Origin: Escherichia phage SF
Sequence record: MH359124
Length of the DNA: 64,000 nt
Strand: one strand, 5' to 3'
Part shown: positions 37,241-47,016 of the stretch, one piece after another
Position numbering within the stretch: the stretch's first letter is position 1
How the letters are laid out: the number at the start of each line of letters is the position of its first letter
Made by a program: the position numbers and the translations under genes
The notes under the pieces: generated by a model
Told to the model about the DNA's origin: nothing
The model's input: the letters and a program-made list of their open reading frames with translations, nothing else
The model's database searches: none

Positions 37241-37268
37241 CGCTTTACCCAAGGACGGGTTATAATGG
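37241..37268 (+). promoter_or_regulatory. promoter family member (CCAAGGACGGGT-TATAAT)
   Basis: ctttacCCAAGGACGGGTTATAATgg; paralogous to 38297 and 39315. Confidence 0.5.
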
Positions 37269-37301
37269 TTTTGAGTTCTAATTCAATCTGAGGAAATAGT
37301 T

Positions 37302-38297
37302 ATGAGCATTACATCTGATGCGGTAAAACATGAAATTAACGGTTTATGTGCTTCACAGATTAAAGTGTGGTTTAAAGACCATAATGATCGCAGAGCACTT
37401 AATTATGAGCAAATTGCTATCCAAGTTCATCAATTACTGACTAGTAAATTTGATTTTCATATGCCGTCTGAAATCTATACTAATCTGCCGCGAGCACTTA
37501 TTAAAGCGTGTAAAGGTTACGGAAAATCAATGGCCGATGGAATCTTCAGCGCGCTGAATAAACTTAACGTTCTGTCGATGATTAACTCTAACAACATTCT
37601 GCGTAATCTAGGACGTACCGATTTGTTCGGTCGTGAACAGTGTAAAATGCCTTTGAAATGGATTGTTGCTCATCTTAACGAGAACCAAACACGTTTTATG
37701 GCCGTATCAGCACGCTTACAAATGGGCCTAGATCGTCAGATGAACTTTAAAACTCATCCACGTTATTCAGGTTCAACAGACTTTTATAAATGTGAGCTTC
37801 AAAAGGTTGGTGGCAAAACTGTCTTAGTAGTTCGTGTAACGTTTGAAGGACGACGTCAAGGATATTTTGACATAATCGGCTCTGGACTTAAACATTGTGG
37901 ATTTATCGACGAAGTTGATATCAAGCGAGACGGCATTGGATACCGTATTGGATATGTTTGTACTCTTAAAGAAGAGATTTCAGGGCCAGCACCAGGACTA
38001 AAAGACGTTAGATATAAAGACGAGCTCGTTGAAGAAATAAAAGAAGTTGAATATGATATCAACCAAGAAGATGCTCTTAAAGACCTTATTGATGAACTGA
38101 ACCAAGACGTTATTCCTGTTCAGAAATTTGAATCAAAACATGCTGAGCAAATCAAATATTTTGAAGCTTTGATTAACGAACTTAATGTAACTATTCAACA
38201 GACTGACGATGAAATCTCACGATTAGCAGGCTTAAACGGTAAAAATAAAACAGAACGAGCTAATCTTATTCAAGTAGTAAAACTTCTTAAGGAATGA
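37302..38297 (+). CDS. hypothetical protein with C-terminal coiled coil (tandem gene 1 of 3)
   Basis: 331 aa. Confidence 0.55.
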   Translation: MSITSDAVKHEINGLCASQIKVWFKDHNDRRALNYEQIAIQVHQLLTSKFDFHMPSEIYTNLPRALIKACKGYGKSMADGIFSALNKLNVLSMINSNNILRNLGRTDLFGREQCKMPLKWIVAHLNENQTRFMAVSARLQMGLDRQMNFKTHPRYSGSTDFYKCELQKVGGKTVLVVRVTFEGRRQGYFDIIGSGLKHCGFIDEVDIKRDGIGYRIGYVCTLKEEISGPAPGLKDVRYKDELVEEIKEVEYDINQEDALKDLIDELNQDVIPVQKFESKHAEQIKYFEALINELNVTIQQTDDEISRLAGLNGKNKTERANLIQVVKLLKE

Positions 38298-38328
38298 TGT
38301 ACAACCAAGGATGGTTAGAGTATAATAA
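38297..38328 (+). promoter_or_regulatory. promoter family member (TGTACAACCAAGGATGGTTAGAGTATAAT)
   Basis: Near-identical to 39315 element. Confidence 0.55.
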
Positions 38329-38352
38329 ATTTTTCAACATGAGGAATATAAA

Positions 38353-39312
38353 ATGGCTTCTATTACACGTAGAGAACTTATCAAAGAATTTACCTCGAAC
38401 GCATATACCCCAGGTCCTAATCCTATCCGTATGCCTGTAAAGACTCCTGAAGAGATTGAGGAAGTCTGTTCATATTATGGGATTACTTCTCGTAAGTTTA
38501 CTCAATTTGAATGCGTTACTAACACACCCGTTAAAGAGTTCATTAAAAATGGTGAGTTCAGCCGTTTATTAGCCAAACAGAAACTTCGTAATTTTTGTAT
38601 CGGCGGCTACGGACAATATTTTGCTAAACAGTTCAGAAATAACCTTAACAATCTGATGGCCATTGCTTCTCGTATTCGTCCTCAAGCAATTAACATGAAA
38701 CGTTTGAAATATACTTACGATAAGTTAGAAATCATGGTTATCAGCGAGAACGAGTTCACTCTTACGTATAAACCTAAGAATGATAACGTTGCTCGTGTAT
38801 TCCACCAAGCGTTGGAAGTGTTAGGTGATAATATCCACCAGATTAAAGCAATTTATTCTCGTGAGCTTAATATTATCGACCCTATCAAGAATAAGGGCCA
38901 TATCGCTATCCAGGCTCGTGTATCTATTGGTAAAAAGGTTCCTGCGCCATGGTGGCACAAAGACTCTGAATACTATCAAAATCTTAAAAAGGAAAATGCA
39001 TTGTTTGAAGCATCGCTTACTGGGACCCCAATTGAACAGGCCGAAGTCCTAAGTGCTTATTCTACTTCGGGTAAATCAATGTTTAAAGGTTTGCCAAATG
39101 TGTGCAAACTGTCTGCAGTAAAACTAAATGTTTCTAATGACCTTCTTCCGGCCGAAGATTACCATTACAATCAAATCAAGGCCACTGTGGGCCAACTGTC
39201 TGTTGAACTTGACAAAGCACAAGCTAAGCTTCGTGATGCTCAACAAGTAGTTACCAAGCTCCAGTTGCAGTACTCTAAACTTTTTAACGCAATGAATGCA
39301 TTAAAATCATAA
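38353..39312 (+). CDS. hypothetical protein with C-terminal coiled coil (tandem gene 2 of 3)
   Basis: 319 aa. Confidence 0.55.
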   Translation: MASITRRELIKEFTSNAYTPGPNPIRMPVKTPEEIEEVCSYYGITSRKFTQFECVTNTPVKEFIKNGEFSRLLAKQKLRNFCIGGYGQYFAKQFRNNLNNLMAIASRIRPQAINMKRLKYTYDKLEIMVISENEFTLTYKPKNDNVARVFHQALEVLGDNIHQIKAIYSRELNIIDPIKNKGHIAIQARVSIGKKVPAPWWHKDSEYYQNLKKENALFEASLTGTPIEQAEVLSAYSTSGKSMFKGLPNVCKLSAVKLNVSNDLLPAEDYHYNQIKATVGQLSVELDKAQAKLRDAQQVVTKLQLQYSKLFNAMNALKS

Positions 39313-39314
39313 AT

Positions 39315-39348
39315 CAGTTTACAACCAAGGACGGTTGGAGTATAATCT
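39315..39348 (+). promoter_or_regulatory. promoter family member (GTTTACAACCAAGGACGGTTGGAGTATAAT)
   Basis: GTTTAC -35 and TATAAT -10 with 18 nt spacer. Confidence 0.55.
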
Positions 39349-39374
39349 TTCTATCTTAACGAGAGGAAAATATT

Positions 39375-40319
39375 ATGACACGTTCACATTACATTGATTA
39401 TTTTGCAGGTCTTATCGCTAACGTTCATGCCCAACGTGCTTCTGGTTCATTAGGATTTGATGTTCCACACAGAGTTGTAGTAAGTGACATTCTTCGCGAT
39501 TTTGGTACATACACAGGCCAAGAAAATCATATCTGTAAAGATACTCAGAATGCATATTCTCATTCATTAGGGACACTGCTTCAATGGTTTAAACGTTCTC
39601 GTTTATTATCTTCTACTGTAGCTCGTGATAACATTAAAAACTTTATGAAGCCGAGCTTTATTAAATCTGTGACATCTAAAATTGATTTAGTTGAATTTAC
39701 TATTATTAACGATGTTAAAAAGACTCATTTGGCTGATTGGTTATCTACCATTCCTGAAACTAAATTTGCTGATAAATTTGCTTGTGAATTCAATAACCAA
39801 GTGAATATGCTTTTTAAACATTCACGTAAATTATTCACAGGCGGTGATGGACGCACAAATAAAGTTCATGTTAAAGATTGGGTTACTGCAGTATTCAAAC
39901 CAACTGGTAATGGTAACGCATCATTGTCAATTGATATCCAGGTTCCTTATTACTACTCACGTAATCTCGGTACCATGAAAGCCGAAGAAATTAATAAGCA
40001 CAACAAAACTATTCGTTCGTTGTCTTATAAACTTCGTATGATGTTACAGACTATGGATGTTGTTGAAATGTTCAGCGAAACCGAAGATAACGGTTCAATG
40101 TTATTCAGTTCTCGTATTCAAATTAAGCTGAAGAACCCTAATGTGTTTAAGCCTATTAAAGAACCTAAAGCAGAAAAGGTTGATATCATGGCTGAAGAAC
40201 GTGAGTACCTCAAATCTCGTCTGAAAGAAGTCGAAGCCCAGATTGCAGAACAAACTAAATCGTTAAAAGCTCTGAATGCGAAAGCGGACGGTTTACGAAA
40301 TGCCATTGAGGTTTTATAA
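39375..40319 (+). CDS. hypothetical protein with C-terminal coiled coil (tandem gene 3 of 3)
   Basis: 314 aa. Confidence 0.55.
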   Translation: MTRSHYIDYFAGLIANVHAQRASGSLGFDVPHRVVVSDILRDFGTYTGQENHICKDTQNAYSHSLGTLLQWFKRSRLLSSTVARDNIKNFMKPSFIKSVTSKIDLVEFTIINDVKKTHLADWLSTIPETKFADKFACEFNNQVNMLFKHSRKLFTGGDGRTNKVHVKDWVTAVFKPTGNGNASLSIDIQVPYYYSRNLGTMKAEEINKHNKTIRSLSYKLRMMLQTMDVVEMFSETEDNGSMLFSSRIQIKLKNPNVFKPIKEPKAEKVDIMAEEREYLKSRLKEVEAQIAEQTKSLKALNAKADGLRNAIEVL

Positions 40320-40624
40320 TGAAACTACGTCTTTTAGAGGATATTGACATGAGCACTAATCATGGCTTGGTTAAGTTTATTGACGATAGTTCAAAGATTG
40401 AATTTGTTCAGCGAGATAAAATCCACGGTGAAGAAGAGTTCGTTCCTCCGGCATGGAACGAAATAATGAAAATGGTTGAACGACGTGAAAATGCTGCCAA
40501 ATCGGCAGCAAAACATCCATGCCCGGAATGTGGAACTATCCAAGTCCAACTGGTTAACTGGACCACTGATAACTTGAAATTGAAATGCCGTAAATGCTTC
40601 CACAAATTTGAGAGAACATTATAA
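40319..40624 (+). CDS. zinc-ribbon protein
   Basis: CPECG ... CRKC four-cysteine motif at C-terminus. Confidence 0.55.
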   Translation: MKLRLLEDIDMSTNHGLVKFIDDSSKIEFVQRDKIHGEEEFVPPAWNEIMKMVERRENAAKSAAKHPCPECGTIQVQLVNWTTDNLKLKCRKCFHKFERTL

Positions 40625-41037
40625 TGAGATATAGCCTTCGTTGTTTTATTATAGCTTTAGTTTTTGCCATCATTCCATTCATTTGGAACAGCCAGAATAC
40701 TTACATGGAAACTAAAGTAATTCCTGTGGAGGTAGTGGAATTAATTTCAGGACAATCTACAGGAAAATATTCTAAATTAGAATTTATTGCCGTCTATAAA
40801 GATGAGCAAGGACGAGTTTTTGACAGGCATGTATCACCGTCGTTTTATACGCTTCTGAATAAAGGTGATACGATAGCTATAGAAATTCGTGAGATGGATA
40901 TCAAACAAACTACTAAAAATAACTTAATTTGGTTCTTTGGTACAGTGTTGTTGGTTTCTATCTGTATCACAGGTTTTATTACATGTATTGTATTTGGCGT
41001 TGCATATTTAATCGATGAAAGGAAAAATAATGTTTAA
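40624..41037 (+). CDS. membrane protein
   Basis: N- and C-terminal hydrophobic helices. Confidence 0.55.
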   Translation: MRYSLRCFIIALVFAIIPFIWNSQNTYMETKVIPVEVVELISGQSTGKYSKLEFIAVYKDEQGRVFDRHVSPSFYTLLNKGDTIAIEIREMDIKQTTKNNLIWFFGTVLLVSICITGFITCIVFGVAYLIDERKNNV

Positions 41038-41293
41038 AGTGTACGGGTATGACTCTACTATTCATAAATGCATTTATTGTGATAATGCGAAACGATTGCT
41101 GACTGTTAAGAAACAACCATTCGAATTCATTAATGTTATGCCGGAAAAAGGTGTGTTCGATGATGAGAAAATTGCTGAGCTTCTGGTTAAGCTTGGACGT
41201 GAATCACAAGTCGGATTGACTATGCCTCAAGTGTTTGCTCCTGATGGAAGTCACATTGGTGGATTTGACCAACTACGAGAATATTTTAAATGA
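41030..41293 (+). CDS. nrdC: thioredoxin/glutaredoxin NrdC
   Basis: MFKVYGYDSTIHKCIYCDNAKRLL; 87 aa; matches T4 NrdC. Confidence 0.9.
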   Translation: MFKVYGYDSTIHKCIYCDNAKRLLTVKKQPFEFINVMPEKGVFDDEKIAELLVKLGRESQVGLTMPQVFAPDGSHIGGFDQLREYFK

Positions 41294-41586
41294 ATATCGA
41301 TTTAACTTTCCCAGGCCCTTATGACCGGAACGAATTAGAAACTTTGTTATATCAAGAAATGTGCTCTCGTGCTAAGAACGATATTCAGTATGCTATTGAT
41401 AATCCATGGGGCGAATTTCGGGTAATGATGGGTAATAGAATCATCGGTGTCCAATGGCGATTCGTTGGCCTTGAGCCTGAGGACTATGAAGAAAACGAGC
41501 ATGGTGACTGGATTCCTGTTGGTGAATACCACTGGGAATACGGTGGTCCTGACTTCGAAGTTTCCTGTGCATGGGTAGAACAATAA
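41290..41586 (+). CDS. hypothetical protein
   Basis: 98 aa, ATGA coupling. Confidence 0.5.
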   Translation: MNIDLTFPGPYDRNELETLLYQEMCSRAKNDIQYAIDNPWGEFRVMMGNRIIGVQWRFVGLEPEDYEENEHGDWIPVGEYHWEYGGPDFEVSCAWVEQ

Positions 41587-41604
41587 CCTGCGAGAATATT
41601 TTAA

Positions 41605-41961
41605 ATGACATATTCATTAAATCTTAAAGATTTCCAAGATGTATACGAAGTTTGTGCCAATGAACTTGGTCCTGATGCTCCAACTATTATTGAAGTTTTA
41701 AATGTGCTCCCTTCATCATTAGCTTACGAAGCCAAATCATGGGGTTGGAACGACACTGTCGTTCGTGATGACCTTTACGTCCTGATGAACGATATGATGG
41801 TTAAAAAGGCAGAACCGGTTGCACCAATGGTTACCATTACCGTTGAAGAATATAATCGCCTGCAAGCCATTGAAGAGCTTCTGTGGAACATTGAATGTGA
41901 CCTGCCGTCAGGGCTAGAATCCTGGATTGATTATGAAGAGCTCAATAAACTCCGGGGTTAA
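41605..41961 (+). CDS. hypothetical protein
   Basis: 118 aa. Confidence 0.5.
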   Translation: MTYSLNLKDFQDVYEVCANELGPDAPTIIEVLNVLPSSLAYEAKSWGWNDTVVRDDLYVLMNDMMVKKAEPVAPMVTITVEEYNRLQAIEELLWNIECDLPSGLESWIDYEELNKLRG

Positions 41962-42008
41962 ACCGTGGTATTCGGCTCGATGGGAGACAGTCGAGCCAGA
42001 CGTCGAAA

Positions 42009-42042
42009 CAGTTTACAATGACGAAGAAACGTGTTATGATGA
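42009..42042 (+). promoter_or_regulatory. early promoter (GTTTAC -35, TATGAT -10) preceded by hairpin GGCTCGA/TCGAGCC
   Basis: caGTTTACaatgacgaagaaacgtgtTATGATg. Confidence 0.4.
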
Positions 42043-42080
42043 ACCTTCAATAAATGAATTAATTGATATGGAGTATGGTT

Positions 42081-42491
42081 ATGAATATTTCTGAAACTCG
42101 CGGTAAATGGTTCAAGATCGTTAAAGAAGATGAAGAACTACAAGTCAAGTTTCCTGAATTAAAGAAAGGAACAATCATCAAGGTAATTGGTATTTCAACA
42201 ACGGCTGACCTGGCGAGCGGCATCGTTGAAGTGATGCTGTCTACCGGCGAGAAACTTTGCATCCACGACCGTGATATTGGTTTTTGGTGTTTCTGGGAAT
42301 CCAATTCAATAGATGAACTCGAAGAAATTGACCAAGTAGTTTGTGGCAGTGAACTTGGTGAATTCGAAGGGGAACGTATTTCTTATGCTTTAGCTAAATT
42401 AGCCGCACAAGAAAATAATGACGGCTATGAAGGTAATCTGATGCAAGCCGCAGCTGAATACATTGAATATTTAGAAAGACGTTTAAGTTAA
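42081..42491 (+). CDS. hypothetical acidic protein (position of T4 pin)
   Basis: ORF between nrdC and 49; start uncertain (42063-42081). Confidence 0.5.
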   Translation: MNISETRGKWFKIVKEDEELQVKFPELKKGTIIKVIGISTTADLASGIVEVMLSTGEKLCIHDRDIGFWCFWESNSIDELEEIDQVVCGSELGEFEGERISYALAKLAAQENNDGYEGNLMQAAAEYIEYLERRLS

Positions 42492-42500
42492 AGGTTTATT

Positions 42501-42680
42501 ATGAAAACTGAATTATTTTATGGCGAAAGAACAAACGGCCAAAAATCTTGGAAATTTGTTATAATTGGCGCTCCAAACAATCCGAACATGAGGACTTCAA
42601 TCATTTCGGTAACACGTCCTACTAAAAGAATGATTCGCCAATACAAACGTTTCCATCGTGACTTTTATAACGTTTACTAA
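42501..42680 (+). CDS. small basic protein (59 aa)
   Basis: MKTELFYGERTNGQKSWKFVIIG; below track cutoff. Confidence 0.4.
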   Translation: MKTELFYGERTNGQKSWKFVIIGAPNNPNMRTSIISVTRPTKRMIRQYKRFHRDFYNVY

Positions 42681-42682
42681 AT

Positions 42683-42713
42683 TATAAATACCCTTATCTA
42701 TTTAAGGTAAGGG
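42683..42713 (+). promoter_or_regulatory. late promoter TATAAATA plus hairpin CCCTTA/TAAGGG upstream of gene 49
   Basis: atTATAAATACCCTTAtctatttaaggTAAGGGtttatcATG. Confidence 0.5.
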
Positions 42714-42719
42714 TTTATC

Positions 42720-43193
42720 ATGTTATTATCAGGCGCAAAATACAAAGAAGAAAAACAAAAATTTTATGATGCACAGAATGGTAAGTGTCCTATTTGCCAC
42801 CGTGAATTAGACCCTGATGTTCAAGGTAACCATCTTGACCACGACCACGAATTAAACGGGCCAAAAGCAGGTAGAGTTCGTGGGTTACTCTGTAATCTGT
42901 GCAACGCAGCAGAAGGCCAAATGAAGCATAAGTTCAACCGTTCCGGTCTTAAAGGACGTGATGTCGACTACCTCGAATGGCTTGAAGCTCTTCTTGCTTA
43001 TTTGAAACAAGATTATTCTGATAATAATATCCATCCTAATTTTGTTCCAGACAAAACTAAAGAGTTCTCAAGACTAGGTAAAGAGGAAATGATGGCTGAG
43101 ATGCTTCAAAGAGGATTTGAATATAATGAATCTGATACCAAAACACAATTAATAGCTTCATTCAAAAAGCAGCTTAGAAAGAGTTTAAAATGA
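42720..43193 (+). CDS. 49: endonuclease VII (Holliday junction resolvase gp49)
   Basis: MLLSGAKYKEEKQKFYDAQNGKCPICHREL...; 157 aa; matches T4 gp49. Confidence 0.95.
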   Translation: MLLSGAKYKEEKQKFYDAQNGKCPICHRELDPDVQGNHLDHDHELNGPKAGRVRGLLCNLCNAAEGQMKHKFNRSGLKGRDVDYLEWLEALLAYLKQDYSDNNIHPNFVPDKTKEFSRLGKEEMMAEMLQRGFEYNESDTKTQLIASFKKQLRKSLK

Positions 43194-45007
43194 AAATTGA
43201 AAAAGAAATTGAAGGATTAATTCATAAAACTAATAAAGATCTTTTGAACGAGAATGCTAATAAAGATTCTCGTGTTTTTCCAACTCAACGGGACCTTATG
43301 GCTGGTATTGTGTCTAAGCACATTGCCAAAAATATGGTCCCGTCTTTTATTATGAAAGCACATGAAAGCGGAATTATCCATTTCCATGATATTGATTATT
43401 CCCCTGCACTTCCATTTACTAATTGCTGTTTAGTAGATTTAAAAGGAATGCTTGAAAACGGATTTAAGCTAGGTAACGCTCAAATTGAAACGCCTAAATC
43501 GATCGGTGTTGCTACTGCAATTATGGCACAAATTACTGCACAGGTTGCTTCTCATCAATATGGCGGAACGACTTTTGCGAATGTAGATAAAGTACTTTCT
43601 CCTTATGTTAAACGCACCTATGCAAAACATATTGAGGATGCAGAAAAATGGCAAATCGCTGATGCGTTGAATTATGCTCAATCCAAAACAGAAAAAGATG
43701 TCTATGACGCGTTCCAAGCTTATGAATATGAAGTAAATACTCTCTTTAGTTCAAACGGACAAACGCCTTTTGTAACAATTACATTTGGTACTGGAACTGA
43801 CTGGACTGAACGAATTATTCAGAAGGCAATTCTTAAAAACCGCATTAAAGGCCTTGGTCGTGATGGAATAACTCCTATTTTCCCTAAGCTTGTTATGTTC
43901 GTTGAAGAAGGCGTTAATCTTTATAAAGATGATCCAAACTATGATATTAAACAACTTGCGTTAGAATGTGCAAGCAAAAGAATGTATCCTGACATTATTT
44001 CGGTTAAGAATAATAAAGCTATTACCGGTTCTTCAGTTCCTGTTTCTCCAATGGGTTGCCGTAGTTTCTTGAGCGTATGGAAAGATTCGACTGGTAATGA
44101 AATTCTTGATGGACGTAATAATCTCGGTGTTGTAACACTGAATCTTCCTCGTATCGCATTAGATTCTTATATTGGAACACAGTTCAATGAACAGAAATTT
44201 ATTGAATTGTTCAATGAACGAATGGATTTGTGTTTTGAAGCATTGATGTGTAGAATTAGTTCTTTAAAGGGTGTTAAAGCGACTGTTGCTCCTATTCTTT
44301 ACCAAGAAGGTGCATTTGGGGTTCGTCTTAAACCTGACGATGATATAATTGAGTTATTTAAAAACGGTAGAAGTTCAGTGTCTTTAGGATACATTGGTAT
44401 TCACGAATTGAATATTCTTGTCGGTCGTGATATTGGACAAGAAATTTTGACTAAAATGAATGCTCGTCTTAAGCAGTGGACTGAAAGAACTGGATTTGCT
44501 TTTAGTTTATACTCTACTCCTGCTGAAAACCTTTGTTATCGCTTCTGTAAACTTGATACTGAAAAATATGGAAGTGTAAAGGATGTTACTGATAAAGGCT
44601 GGTACACTAATAGTTTCCATGTTTCAGTAGAAGAAAATATCACTCCGTTTGAAAAGATTTCTCGCGAAGCCCCATATCATTTCATTGCGACAGGCGGTCA
44701 CATTTCTTATGTTGAACTTCCTGATATGAAAAATAACTTAAAAGGTCTTGAGGCTGTCTGGGATTACGCTGCACAACATTTAGATTATTTTGGTGTTAAT
44801 ATGCCAGTAGATAAATGTTTTACATGTGGAAGTACACATGAAATGACTCCTACTGAAAACGGATTTGTTTGTTCTATTTGTGGAGAAACTGATCCTAAAA
44901 AGATGAACACCATAAGAAGAACATGCGGTTATCTTGGAAATCCGAACGAACGTGGATTTAATCTCGGCAAAAATAAAGAAATCATGCATAGGGTTAAACA
45001 CCAATGA
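43190..45007 (+). CDS. nrdD: anaerobic ribonucleoside-triphosphate reductase NrdD
   Basis: 605 aa as T4 NrdD; C-terminal CxxC...CxxC and glycyl radical motif RRTCGYLG; uninterrupted (no intron). Confidence 0.95.
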   Translation: MKIEKEIEGLIHKTNKDLLNENANKDSRVFPTQRDLMAGIVSKHIAKNMVPSFIMKAHESGIIHFHDIDYSPALPFTNCCLVDLKGMLENGFKLGNAQIETPKSIGVATAIMAQITAQVASHQYGGTTFANVDKVLSPYVKRTYAKHIEDAEKWQIADALNYAQSKTEKDVYDAFQAYEYEVNTLFSSNGQTPFVTITFGTGTDWTERIIQKAILKNRIKGLGRDGITPIFPKLVMFVEEGVNLYKDDPNYDIKQLALECASKRMYPDIISVKNNKAITGSSVPVSPMGCRSFLSVWKDSTGNEILDGRNNLGVVTLNLPRIALDSYIGTQFNEQKFIELFNERMDLCFEALMCRISSLKGVKATVAPILYQEGAFGVRLKPDDDIIELFKNGRSSVSLGYIGIHELNILVGRDIGQEILTKMNARLKQWTERTGFAFSLYSTPAENLCYRFCKLDTEKYGSVKDVTDKGWYTNSFHVSVEENITPFEKISREAPYHFIATGGHISYVELPDMKNNLKGLEAVWDYAAQHLDYFGVNMPVDKCFTCGSTHEMTPTENGFVCSICGETDPKKMNTIRRTCGYLGNPNERGFNLGKNKEIMHRVKHQ

Positions 45008-45474
45008 ATTATGATAGATTTTATCCTTGCGATTTTGTGAATGGCCCTGGATGCAGGGTCGTTCTTTTCGTTACAGGTTGTTTGCATAAATGCGAGGGGT
45101 GTTATAATAAATCAACATGGAATGCTAGAAACGGTATTCCATTCACTGGTGAAACACTAGAACAATTAATTGAATGTTTGAATAATGATTATATAGAAGG
45201 ATTAACTATAACTGGAGGAGACCCTCTCTATCCTGATAACCGAGATGTTATTCACTCTGTAGTTCAAACAGTAAAAAATCTTTATCCCAATAAAAGCATT
45301 TGGTTGTGGACAGGATATAAGTTTGAAGATATTAAACAACTAGAAATGCTTAAATATGTTGATGTTATTATTGATGGGAAGTATGAGAAAAATCTTCCGA
45401 CTAAAAAACTGTGGCGAGGATCAGATAATCAGCGACTTTGGTCAAATACCGATGGGGTGTGGAAACATGATTAA
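45004..45474 (+). CDS. nrdG: anaerobic RNR activating protein NrdG (radical SAM)
   Basis: CDFVNGPGCRVVLFVTGCLHKCEGC; 156 aa. Confidence 0.9.
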   Translation: MNYDRFYPCDFVNGPGCRVVLFVTGCLHKCEGCYNKSTWNARNGIPFTGETLEQLIECLNNDYIEGLTITGGDPLYPDNRDVIHSVVQTVKNLYPNKSIWLWTGYKFEDIKQLEMLKYVDVIIDGKYEKNLPTKKLWRGSDNQRLWSNTDGVWKHD

Positions 45475-45588
45475 ATTGAATTATATTATGGATACTATAA
45501 ATGATATGATTTTTCATTTTGGTCCAGAATTTTATTCCCAATATAGCTTAGTGTTTATCAATGTTTGGTTAATTAATTAAGGGTAAAT

Positions 45589-45804
45589 ATGTATAAATTT
45601 CGTAAAGGTTTAGCTGATTTTCTTACAACTGTAACGTTCTTTTTGTTTATGGCAGTTGGAGCTATTTTTCTTATTCCTTTTACTGTTGTATTTTTCGTGA
45701 TTAGTTTAATTTCTCCTGAAAAGGGTTTATCCTCCAGCGAATTCAACGAACGTTTGGACAAAATTACTAATAAACTGAATTCTGTTCTTGATAAAAAGGC
45801 TTAA
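45589..45804 (+). CDS. small membrane protein
   Basis: FLTTVTFFLFMAVGAIFLIPFTVVFFVISLI. Confidence 0.5.
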   Translation: MYKFRKGLADFLTTVTFFLFMAVGAIFLIPFTVVFFVISLISPEKGLSSSEFNERLDKITNKLNSVLDKKA

Positions 45805-45806
45805 TT

Positions 45807-46124
45807 ATGATTAGTTTTGAGCAGTATGTGGTAGAGAGTTGGAAGGGGTTTGATATGTTCGGTAATGACTATTATTTTTACGAATGTGATCTAAATCCTA
45901 GTTTTTGGGCTGGACGTGAACGAGATCTCGAAGAAATTAATGCTCGTGCCGAATTGTTAGGTGAATTACCTACGGTTTATTTTACCTTTGATGCATCCGG
46001 ATTTGTTATCCAGGTTTATTTTCCTGAAGAAAATTCTGGTGATGATTCTGTTAACCCGCCATATTGGGCTTACCAAGGAATTATTTCTCGTGGAACAAAA
46101 CTCGAACTTAAAGAACAAGATTGA
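45807..46124 (+). CDS. hypothetical protein
   Basis: 105 aa. Confidence 0.5.
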   Translation: MISFEQYVVESWKGFDMFGNDYYFYECDLNPSFWAGRERDLEEINARAELLGELPTVYFTFDASGFVIQVYFPEENSGDDSVNPPYWAYQGIISRGTKLELKEQD

Positions 46125-46413
46125 AATTTATGGCATCCCTGAAGAAGTAGGACGTTGTCCAGGATGTTATACTGTTACAAAACTTTTAAAGGAGCTCAAT
46201 GCTCCTTATACATTTTATAAAGTCCTCACTAATAATGGTAAGATTGAATATGACCGTCCTTTAATCGTATCTCTTGCTAAACGTGCAGGATTCACTTCAC
46301 TTAATATTCGTTATCCTGTCATATTTTTAAATGGTAAGAAACAAAAGAATATTGCAGAGTTTAAAAAGTCCTTGATTTCATTAGGATACGACTCTGATAT
46401 CATAGAAGATTGA
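46090..46413 (+). CDS. glutaredoxin-like protein (NrdH-like), start codon unclear
   Basis: KIEIYGIPEEVGRCPGCY thioredoxin-fold start with CPGC; no in-frame ATG near the fold start (candidates GTG 46090, ATT 46120). Confidence 0.5.
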   Translation: MEQNSNLKNKIEIYGIPEEVGRCPGCYTVTKLLKELNAPYTFYKVLTNNGKIEYDRPLIVSLAKRAGFTSLNIRYPVIFLNGKKQKNIAEFKKSLISLGYDSDIIED

Positions 46414-46436
46414 CCAGGTGCCGCCTGGTCTTCTTT
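46412..46436 (+). terminator. rho-independent terminator GACCAGG-TGCCG-CCTGGTC-TTCTTT
   Basis: 7 bp stem plus T-rich tail directly after stop. Confidence 0.6.
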
Positions 46437-46519
46437 ATCCCATTTCTAATATAATCTATTGGAATCTTTACTTCACCATCTCCTTGTGCCCCTCTCAAAT
46501 CAAAAATATTTTCATAAAA

Positions 46520-46572
46520 CAGTTTACATCCTCAATAGATGTGTTAAGATTAAACCATCTTCTACTATAGAG
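46520..46572 (+). promoter_or_regulatory. early promoter (GTTTAC) with imperfect CCTCAATAG / CTATAGAGG arms
   Basis: caGTTTACatCCTCAATAGatgtgttaagattaaaccatcttctaCTATAGAGGaaaataaaATG. Confidence 0.45.
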
Positions 46573-46581
46573 GAAAATAAA

Positions 46582-46764
46582 ATGACAATTGAAGATAAAG
46601 AAATTAAGGTCGACCAGTACTATTCTGTCAACGGTAATGCCGTACAGATAACCAGAGTTTCAAGCCTGGATGTTTGGTACCGTTCAATCAAATATCCAGA
46701 AATTGGTGAAATGCTTTGTGACCGTGGTATCTTCTGTTCAATTGCGAAGGAAATTAAGCCATGA
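46582..46764 (+). CDS. hypothetical protein
   Basis: MTIEDKEIKVDQYYSVNGN. Confidence 0.5.
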   Translation: MTIEDKEIKVDQYYSVNGNAVQITRVSSLDVWYRSIKYPEIGEMLCDRGIFCSIAKEIKP

Positions 46765-47009
46765 TTAGTTTAGATTCAAAGAAAGTTGTTCTAACCCTTA
46801 AAGTTAATGACGAGCGACTGGTATTCATTACCATTTCCGATTTGCATGTTGAAATTGCTAATGGCGTTCGTACTTATCAAGCAAATAAAACTCAATGGGA
46901 TTATATCCCGATGTTGACGCTTACTCAGCGTTTAGAATCAATCGGTCTTAAAGACCTTTCAGTAAGTGAAGTGAATTTTATCAAACGCATTGTATCAATC
47001 AATCTCTGA
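46761..47009 (+). CDS. hypothetical protein
   Basis: 82 aa. Confidence 0.5.
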   Translation: MISLDSKKVVLTLKVNDERLVFITISDLHVEIANGVRTYQANKTQWDYIPMLTLTQRLESIGLKDLSVSEVNFIKRIVSINL

Positions 47010-47016
47010 GGTACTT

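Noticed and set aside
43190-45007. Group I intron in nrdD as in T4
   Set aside because: The NrdD ORF is continuous at 605 aa; no interruption or intron-like insertion is visible.
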